Of a stretch of 64,000 bases of DNA, positions 55,076 through 64,000 are shown in pieces. Source of the DNA: Macrostomum lignano (Eukaryota); NCBI GenBank assembly GCA_002269645.1, contig NIVC01003143.1, forward strand, positions 53,198 to 117,197. The letters are read 5' to 3'. The position numbers and the translations under genes were made by a program. The notes below the pieces were generated by a model. That model worked only from the letters and a program-made list of their open reading frames with translations, did no database searches and was not told where the DNA came from. The stretch's first letter is position 1. Every line of letters begins with the position of its first letter.

Positions 55076-58000
55076 ATGGACTCCAGGAAGAGAGGCGTGT
55101 TACGAGCGACGGTCACCAGACTGGCACAGAAAGCCGAAGACCTGCTCAAAACAGATGCTGCTGAAGATGAAATCGACAGCGTTCTAGAGGCTCTACGGTT
55201 CAAGAAGCAGCAGCTCCAAGCAGCAGATGAAGAGCTCGCCGCGGAGGTTGACGAGAAGGACGTGCAGGCTGAAGCAGAGACGACAATGGAGTACGACCTG
55301 CTGGCTGGCAAATTGATCTCGAACCTCACCAGACGGCTCCAGGAGCTTCAGACCGCGCGGACCGGCACGCCGCAGGCAACAAATCTGCTGCAGAATACAG
55401 CCATACAGACGACGACTTCGTCCAAGTCTTCGGAAGAGAATTCTTCAACGACAAGGACTCAGACTGCCATCAGGTTGCCAAAACTGCCGCCACCGTCATT
55501 CAGTGGCGATCGGACCCAATGGACGGAATTCTGGGACCGCTTCAACTCCAGTATCCATGACAACCCGAGCCTGAGTGTCGTCAACAAATTCAGCTACCTG
55601 CAGTCGTGTCTGTCTGGGGAAGCCCGAAACTCGATCGCTGGTCTCAACATCACGAAGGACAACTACCATATCGCCATCGACAACCTGCAACGACGATTTG
55701 GATCCCGCAACGGAGCCGTGCGCGAGCACCTGGCAAAGTTCTCGGTGCTGACCTGCTCCAGTTCGTCGGCACAGCACCTGAGGAATTTCTACGACCAAGT
55801 CAATGGAAATGTCCGCAGTCTGACGAATCTCGGGGTGAGTGTCGAATCTTACGAGTCCATGTTGCTGCCCAACTTGCTGGCGAAGCTGCCGGAAGTCGTT
55901 CGTCTCGGGATGCTGAGAACTGCTCGGATTGCTTCCGTCGGTTATTCCTTTGGTAGCAGCTTGTCGCAGATGAGGGATGGCAATGGCTTAGATTCTGTGA
56001 CGGAGTTTCTGCAGGTCTTGGAAATGGAGATTTTAGTCCGGGAGGAGGCGGCCGTTGGAGCTGCAGGGCAGACGTCCGGTTCCAATGGAGCGTCCAAGAC
56101 TACTGGTGAGAAACAGACAAGGGATGGCGGCACAGTGGCTGCGCTTCACACGAAGGTCAAAAAGGTCAGCACGGCTTGTCCCTTCTGCGAAACTGAACAT
56201 GCTCCAGAGAAGTGCACTCGCCTGGTAGACGTTGCGGCACGACTCCAGTTTTTGAAGGAGCAGAGGCGTTGCTTCAGCTGTCTCTGCAAGGGACACAGCG
56301 TCAAGACCTGCTACCACAAGAAGCAATGTGAATTCTGCCAGATGAAGCATCACCCAAGTCTTTGTAGCGCACGCATGGAGAAGCTGCAGGGTAAGGATGG
56401 ACCGAAGGCACCCGGCTCCACACTTGGAAAGGTGGGAGAAGACCGGAAGAAGTCCGAGCAGGCTGCTGCACAGAATGTGAAGAGTCAAGAAGTGAAGTCC
56501 ATGGCTATGGTGACAAAAGCTCAAACAGTGATCCTTCCAACAGCGGGAGCTGTACTGATTTCGACTGTTAACAATCAGGAGACTCCGGTGCGAATTCTCT
56601 TTGACTCTGCAAGCAACCGTTCGTTCATCTTGACCAGCTTGGCAGAGAGACAACATTCGGTGGCACAGAGGCCAAGGTGCTGCAGACTGCGATGGTCGAG
56701 TTCAAGCTTCGGAAATCTGACAGCACCGCCCCAGTTCACAGTGCGCGCCAACACAGTGCCTTACATCTGCTCTCATCAGCCAGTTGTCAGCAGCTTGTGC
56801 ATGAAGCACTTTCAACACCTCGACATGGCAGACTGGGACATCGGTGGTGAACAGAATCCCGAGATCAGTATCCTCATCGGAGCTGACCAATTCTACGACC
56901 TGTCACAGGTCAAGTGATTCGCTCAGAGGTCGGCTCCGGTCCAGTTGCCGTATCCAGTCAGCTCGGTTGGTTGCTGTGCGGGTCACTGTCAGATGGGTTC
57001 GCCGCAAGTGAGCTAGAGACCAGGTCAGAGCAGGTTCTTCTCTGCTGTGCTCAAGGAACGGAGAAAGGTCTGGACAGCAGCACCATCGAGGCGTTCTGGA
57101 CTTTAGAAGGTCTCGGCATCAGAAGTGCAGCCGAGCCTGATCAGCGTCCACTGACTCTGAATGCCCAGTTCCAAGAGGGTCGCTACTCAGTTCAGCTGCC
57201 GTGGAAGATTCCCAAAAAGGAATTAAGATTGCCCGACAACTTCGAGGTAGCGTTCAAGAGACTAAAGACCAATCTGACGAGGCTGCGTCGTGAGCCTGCG
57301 CTACTTCAGGAGTACCACCGCATTCTGACCAGTCAGAAGGAAGCTGGCGTAGTCGAAGAAGCTCCAGATGGGACCAGCGATCTCATCCACTACCTACCCC
57401 ACCGAGCCGTAATCCGTCTGAAGCTGAATCGACCAAAGTTCGAGTGGTTTTCGACGCGAGTGCCAAGCGAGATCAGTGCAGTCCATCGCTGAATGACTGT
57501 CTGGAAACAGGAACCTGTTCGTTGGCCGAGATTCCGCGACTGCTTCAGGCATTTCGACTTCATCCGATCGCCTTGACTGCCGATATTGAGAAGGCTTTTT
57601 TGCAGATCCGAATTGCAGAAGACGACCGCGATGCTCTACGATTCCTCTGGCCACGGGATCCCAGTCAAGCTGATTCACCTCTCGTTGTTCTGCGCTACGC
57701 TGCTCTGGTGTTCGAACTCACCTGCTCACCTGCCGTCCTGGAGACTGTCATTCAACACCACTTGGCATCTCACCGAGGCCCGCATGCAGAGTTCGTGGAT
57801 AAGGTGTCCAAAGAAATCTATGTGGACAACCTGATCTCTGGGTGCGTGGATGAACAGCAGGCCCTGGATCTCATCCAAAAATCCCGGCACATATTCCAAC
57901 AGGCTGGAATGAATCTGCGACACTGGCAGTCCAACAGCAAGAATGTATTGAAAGCGGTTCGCGCCAGCACACTTGACAGTGATGTTCTTGCTCCGGCGTT

Positions 58001-60492
58001 GTCGGCGGTGACAAAGGACATAACGGAGGACCCCTCCAGCTATTCAGCCGCCTCCTTGGGCGAAGATGGCGTATCGTCAAAAGTCCTCGGGCTGCGATGG
58101 GAGACAGGATCGGACGTGTTCGTGCTGCAGTTTTCTCCGCCAGAAGATTTGCTCAAGGCGTCGCCCTCCAAGCGTGTCGTGCTACAGCTGCTGGCCCGTG
58201 TCTACGATCCTCTGGGCTTCCTGGTTCCGCTGCTTACGTTGCCGAAATCGATGTTCCAGAAGCTGTGCGTTGAAAAGATCGCTTGGGACTGCCCGCTAAA
58301 GGAGCCGATTAAGCAGCAGTGGCTGAAGTGGTTGCAGGAGATGCTGGCAGGTCGATTTCAAGTTCCAAGGTTGGTGCTTTCGGCGACGAAGGAGGTCGAG
58401 GAGATACAGCTGCATGGGTTCTGTGATGCGTCAATCAAATTCTATGCGGCGTGTCTTTACCTGCGAGTGCAGTACACCGATGGTTCCGTCAGCTGCAACC
58501 TGGTGGCCGCCAAGGCGAGAGTGGCTCCACTGTCGGTTCTTTCAATTCCTCGGCTCGAACTCCTGGGTGCCTTGATACTCGCCAGACTGTTGACATCATC
58601 CATGAGTCAGTATCCTCAGGTTCGCCAGGTGTTTTGCTGGACAGACAGTGCCGACACGCTCTACTGGATCCGGCAGCACAGACCCTGGAAGCTCTTTGTT
58701 CATAATCGGGTGACGGAGATCCGCCGCCTGGTGCCAGAGGATGCCTGGAGACATGTCCCAGGCGAGGAGAATCCGGCGGACGTTGCATCTCGAGGAACAT
58801 CAGCGAGCAAGTTGAAGGCGGACGACAGCTGGTGGCACGGTCCAGACTGGCTGGCACGACCTCCTGACGATTGGCCCGACCAATCCTTTCTCAGCTTACC
58901 GACAGCGGCAGTTGCCGAGGAGCAGAAGACACAAGCGAACCGTCCAGTTGTTCTGCTAACTGAAGCCGGTCCTGACATCAGTCTACAGGAAGTTCTCAAT
59001 GACACGAACTTCTCATCCTGGATCAAGCTGATTCGGGTGACAGCCTATGTCCTACGCTTCGTCAGAAACCTGCAAGCTAGAACTTCTGCAGCGGGGGAGG
59101 AGCGAGTGGGACCACTGGCTGCAGCAGAAGTCCTTGAAGCTGAAGAGCGCTGGCTGCGAGAAGTGCAGAGACGGAGTTTTCAAGCCGAAATTGCTCACAT
59201 TCAGGAGTCAGCGGCCAGTACAGATCTCAGCAGGCAGTTGAATCTTTTTCTCGACAACAAGAGTATTCTCCGAAGCCAAGGTCGATTGAAGGAGTCCAAC
59301 GCCTCTGCCGAGGTTGACTGTCCGATTCTGATCCCGAGCAAGTCACACCTGGAGCTTCTTCTCATCTGGGACGCTCACGCCAAGGTTCTGCACGGGGGGG
59401 GGGGTGCCCAGCACTCTTTGTAAGCTGCGAGAGAGATTCTGGCTAATCAGAGGAAGACAGCGAGTCAAGTCGATCCTGAGAAGTTGCTTTGTCTGCAGAC
59501 GTCTTCAAGGACTACCATATGCAGTGAAGCAAATCCCAGCCTTACCTGAAGCACGCGTGAAGTCTGGGAGAGCCTTTGAGTGGTGCGGACTCGACTACTG
59601 CGAACCTGTCAAACTGATGGAGGACACAGAGATCGAGAAAGGCTATATCCTGGTTTTCACCTGTGCGGCCACGCGAGCCCTTCACCTGGAACTGGTGAGC
59701 GACTTGACGACCGAGACCTTCCTGCAAGCCCTCCGACGGTTCTGTGCTCGGAGAGGAATTCCCAATCTCATCAGTGACAACGCCAAGACATTCACCAAGG
59801 CTGCCAAAATACTTCAGGCGTCGGAGAGTCGACAAGTTCAAGACTTCTGCGCCACCAGGAAAATCACCTGGCAATTCATCGTCGAACGCGCACCGTGGCA
59901 AGGAGGCTTCTGGGAGCGACTGATGAGGGACATCAAGCTGGCTTTGCGCAAGACCATCCTCAACGCAACCCTGACGCTGGACGAACTGCGGACAGTGCTA
60001 ATGGAGGTGGAAGCGGTGCTCAACAGTCGGCCTCTACTCTACGTGGATGCCGAAACCAACGGAGAAGTCCTGACGCCGGCGCACTTTCTGGTCCTGCAAC
60101 GGCTGACGGCGGAGCCAACTTCTAGCGGTACGCCCGAGCTCCTGCTGCCGTTGCCAACACTGCTGAGGCGAATGCGCGCCAGACTGCAAGCCTTCTGGGA
60201 CTGCTGGGAGCGACAGTATCTGACCAGCCTGCGAGAACATAATCTAAGTCCCAAGCATGGCGTAACTCGAGAAGCTACGGCCGGCGACATCGTCCTGGTG
60301 AAAGGTGAGGCCGGGCAGCCGAGGCTTACCTGGTGTACCGGTGTCATCGAGTCGGTGCATCCTGGCCGAGACGGGGCGGTGAGATCTGCAACGGTTCGAG
60401 TCGCGCCCAGACCTGGCCGCGGTCCCAGGAGATGCTTGATTCGCCGACCGGTGGAGAACCTGATTTTGCTGGAAGCTGTGAAAACTGAATGA
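55076..60492 (+). pseudogene. BEL/Pao gag-pol polyprotein broken by frameshifts near 56915, 57440 and 59400
   Basis: Gag (LPKLPPPSFSGDRTQWTEFWDRF; CFSCLCKGHSVKTC...CEFCQMKHHPSLC), protease ILFDSASNRSFI, RT (VFDASAK, ADIEKAFLQI, IYVDNLI), Pao RNase H (LHGFCDAS...AKARVAP...IPRLEL...WTDS) and integrase (GLDY, SDNAKTF, GGFWERL). Confidence 0.9.
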
Positions 60493-60844
60493 ACTTAAGT
60501 AACTGACTTTCAATGACTGTTCTAATCGTTGTTTCGAGTTTCTGTTTAGTTTTAGTTCGCAGTAATTTTCACTCCCTTTCAATCTTACCTTTTGAGCTCC
60601 TTAGCGCTGATTGGATTTTTTTTGAGTTTCGTTTTCCCTTTGTTCCTACTTTTTCGTTAACTCAGTACTCTGGTGATGGTGTGTCACATTTTTAGTCATC
60701 AAGTCTGTTGTAATGTTGGAGCGTTTTTTGTTGTTCGTTTGTTTTTTGCTATTCATTTCGTTTAATTTCATTTAAGTTAATGGCGAGTTTCTTTTTCAAA
60801 TAACAATGTTAAGTACTGTAATGATGAAGCATCATTAGGGGGAG

Positions 60845-61099
60845 TGTATTGGATTTGGAGTGCCTGTGTACCGACCCTCTGCTATGTGTAGCGTCGCCAG
60901 TGTACACTTGGCGGTCCCCGTCTCAGAGTGTGTTGGGGTGGGGTTGATGTGCGTGAGGCGTTGTTGAGTCAGAGAGTTGGAGAGAGAGAACATCGATTTA
61001 ATTTAATATATAAGCAATAATTTAGCCACAGGGCTCATTTACCCGTTTTTTTTTAAAGTGTAACCCTCAGATTTATTAGACTTGATTATTTCTTTAACA
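60845..61099 (+). repeat. 3' LTR, 255 bp
   Basis: TG...CA ends, followed by the TSD GCTTC. Confidence 0.95.
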
Positions 61100-62612
61100 G
61101 CTTCCATTAGTTAAAGCCCACTAAGAATTGCAAATAGCAAATTTTAATATTTTTGTATATTATAATTGCGAGGCTTACATTGCAGCTAAATTTTCAATTT
61201 TACATTACTGCCCCGAGTTACTTTTCCCGAGTTGGAAGGGAACTGTATTGATGAAAAAATGAAGCATTTGGCTCTCGCATTAACTGCTGCACATCAAGCT
61301 CTGCAGCACATGTAGCATGTAACAGTTGGATCAGATAGTTATATTTTGTTCATGGTTGGGTTCCACTGCATTCAAACTTGAAATGCCATTCTTTCGTCAA
61401 TTTCGTTGTCTCACGCTGTACATCACATGTGCACTCAAAAATCATCATTGTCTACCCCCTAAATCATTATACACAATTTATCATAATTATGTACTTTCAC
61501 TGAAAGCGATCAAGTACGTAAAATCCTGCTCATACATTCACATTGAGTAACTTGATTCTCTACCTATAGTATAATCAAGTGATAGCCGATTGATACATAA
61601 TTATGTATAATTTGAAGTAAATGTTAAGTATAAGGGATCGAGATGTTTTTTGTTTATATAAGTTCGCTGGGTGGATATTTTCCTTGAAAGCAATAAATAA
61701 AACATTACAGTGTGAGTATAGCAAGGATTTAACTTTTGACCGAGGATAGTGACGTTGCTAGTATAAGTGGTCCCGCAAAAGGGCCGTTGGACTGTAGTTT
61801 CCCTTGCAATTTCTCATTTTAATTTCTCCAATAGTTTATTTTAACGTTTACTTGTAGTAGCGTGCAAATAATCTGTATCAATGGCTAATTCACTGTGTAT
61901 TTGGTAGGCCTTGCGTTCGTCTGTAAATTTTAGCACGATCGATAATTTCAAGTTCTCTCGCCAGCCAATGAAAACTCTCCGTGTTTTATGCTAACCCTTC
62001 TGCGCCCCTTTATTAACCCCCGCCTGGCGGCGGCCTGGGGGGTCTTCTCTTGCGGCCCTTGTGTTTTCGTCTCGTTTTCCTTCTCTCTCCTGGCTGCCTC
62101 GAGCCTCCTTATCTCACGCCACAGCTCCTCTGTATGGGCCAGCCTGTTCACACTCTGTACTCCACTGTGTACTGCCACGGCTAACGCCACTCTCATCGCT
62201 ACTTATCTGCCTGTCTACTTACTACTCACTGCCTCCACTGTGCTCATCGACATCACTCACTACGTTGCGTCGCCATTGTATCCTTCGCCTGCTACTCGAC
62301 TTCATATTCTAATCACTTCAAAACCATTGTTGCAGCCGACAGTGCCCAGAACACTATAAGTTTTGTATTGATATTGACCAGTCTAATATTGATCTCGACA
62401 ATAAATTAGCTACGGCAGTTTCCTGCCCTTATACGCCAAGTGCTCCGCTACACAATCCGCTTTGCTAGAATTGGCTTTGAGTCATTTTGGGACTACAACA
62501 ACCTACGACAATTCTCGTCAAACGGCCCTTTTAAGGGTCATAACCTCTACGCCAATAACGTGACAATAGTTTTCTCGCAGTCAATCGTTGAAGAGCAAAT
62601 ACACCAAAACTA

Positions 62613-64000
62613 TCACTTTTTTGTAGCCACCTTGCTCTCAATGGGGTGAATGCCGTTGTAAACGGAACCGAAATACACGATGGCGTAACCCGACGTGGAC
62701 TGCTTGGCCAGACTAAACCAGTAGCAGTTGGACATGAAGCCCAGCACATCACCGGAGCCGAGACGCCGGGTCTGGTTGCGGTAGTCCGGCTTGGACACCT
62801 CAGCCGGCAGCACTCCGGCTTCAGGGCCAGGCTAATGGACACCTCGCCGTGCAGCGAGAAGGCGAAGGCCAGGCCGCGGATGCTCTCTAAGTCGCCCAGA
62901 TGGACGCTCTCGCCAGCGGCAAGCCGTCGCCTAGAAAGATGAACTGGCGAGCGAACACGTCTTCGGTGAGCTCGGGCACGTGGTCCGGCCGGCGGACGGT
63001 ATCTCGCAGCAGCCGGATGGCCGGCAGGTGGCCGAAAAGCCACGCGATGGCTCGGCCAGGAGGCGGAGCCGTGTTAGACTGGTCAGGTCAAAGTGGAAAA
63101 AGAGTCATTTAGAATAAATCAGAATATATAATTTAAGTCGGCGAAAATACCCAGTTAAACCACGTCTTAATCACTCGATTAAAACAAGCAATTAATCACC
63201 GGGAGGCAAGCAGCCAGGCCCATTCCTCTGGCCCCAGAGCTCTCAGACTCCTACGGATACTTCTGCAGTAATATCCTCCAGCAGGGTGTGTACACGTACA
63301 GCGGCCCCGACTTCATCAACAACCCGTGTACAAGTACATATTCTGCTTTGGAGGTTGGGGCCTGCTGGGCGTGAATTGCACGAAAAATGTCGCGAGCTAA
63401 TTTCAAATCGAATTTGGAATTGAACCCGCGCTATTTGAAAAGTTCAGTATTTTTCCTGAATAATCCGTTATCTAGTTGTAGAATTTTAACTTCCAGAGCA
63501 GATCATCAAATAGAACAACGAAAACAAAAGCGTTACAGTTTTCAAGGGATCAATGTCGAATTTGGAAGGCGCGGAGGCTTACATAAAGATAGCTCGTATA
63601 CACATTACTGACAGTAGCTATACACGGGTCAAAGATTGTTCGAATTAGTTTTAAAACGGGTTCTGAACCAAATATACATTGATTTGAACAATATCCGACC
63701 CGCGGAGCAACTGCAGAAATGTCTGTTTCAGGTGGAGCAGCCTAAAGTGTTCCTTAGCAGCGCGAGCTATGAGTTCAAAGTCCGATCAGAACTTATAGCA
63801 AAGTCGTCAAACGTTTTCTTACACCAAGGAAGATTTGCTCCAAACTGACTGGCTCGCCGGCCGCCACAGCAGCCGCTGGCCACAGAAGTCTCAACCGATT
63901 CGATCCAGAATTCACCGCCTGCCAGTCGCTCTCAACGATGGCTTTCAACTGCTGAAAGTTCAAGTCCGACTGGCTATTGTTGGAGTAGGCGAACGGGTTC
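62613..64000 (-). CDS. Probable exon fragments of an unidentified gene entering from the right edge (about 64000-63791, about 63370-63270, about 63075-62620)
   Basis: GC3-rich stretches such as NPFAYSNNSQSDLNFQQLKAIVESDWQ...EQIFLG followed by a GTAAGA donor, and LGDLESIRGLAFAFSLHGEV...RRLGSGDVLGFMSNCYWF. At least one frameshift is needed near 62812. No family recognised. Confidence 0.4.

Larger units (their letters stand above)
54773..61099 (+). mobile_element. Full-length BEL/Pao LTR retrotransposon, 6.3 kb
   Basis: TG...CA LTRs at 54773-54993 and 60845-61099; 5-bp TSD GCTTC on both sides (54768-54772, 61100-61104); PBS TGGCGCCCGAAC at 54994; purine tract AGGGGGAG before the 3' LTR; domain order gag-PR-RT-RH-IN. 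Confidence 0.97.

Noticed and set aside
56900-56930. Programmed ribosomal frameshift between the BEL/Pao ORFs
   Set aside because: BEL/Pao elements normally encode one continuous gag-pol ORF, the breaks fall inside domains, and no slippery heptamer with a stimulatory structure is evident.

Overview
Eukaryotic, intron-rich metazoan genomic DNA with no prokaryotic features. GC-rich exons with a different micro/minisatellite in almost every intron suggest a flatworm such as Macrostomum (inference). I could splice together five genes by hand: (1) a secreted multi-EGF/cbEGF protein, minus strand, 3 exons, 880 aa; (2) a POMGnT1-like GT13 glycosyltransferase, minus strand, at least 16 exons, whose predicted catalytic and lectin residues are largely replaced and whose transmembrane exon lies across a 16-kb intron holding three tandem 4.4-5 kb units; (3) an unknown 3-exon plus-strand gene; (4) DCP1, with a single coding exon; (5) a 5-exon piwi, 953 aa, with an intact DEDH tetrad. 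Exon fragments of a possible sixth gene run off the right edge. Upstream of piwi is a transposon nest: MITEs, LINE and RTE fragments, and a full-length BEL/Pao LTR element with a 5-bp TSD. The most unusual signals are the 1.3-2.1 kb tracts with no CpG directly 5' of both DCP1 and piwi, the piwi-then-DCP1 tandem arrangement with a splice acceptor 1 nt before the DCP1 ATG, the apparent pseudo-glycosyltransferase, and a triplicated 33-bp array built on a palindromic TTC-N3-GAA core. All alignments and residue numbers are from manual reading and memory; no database search was run.
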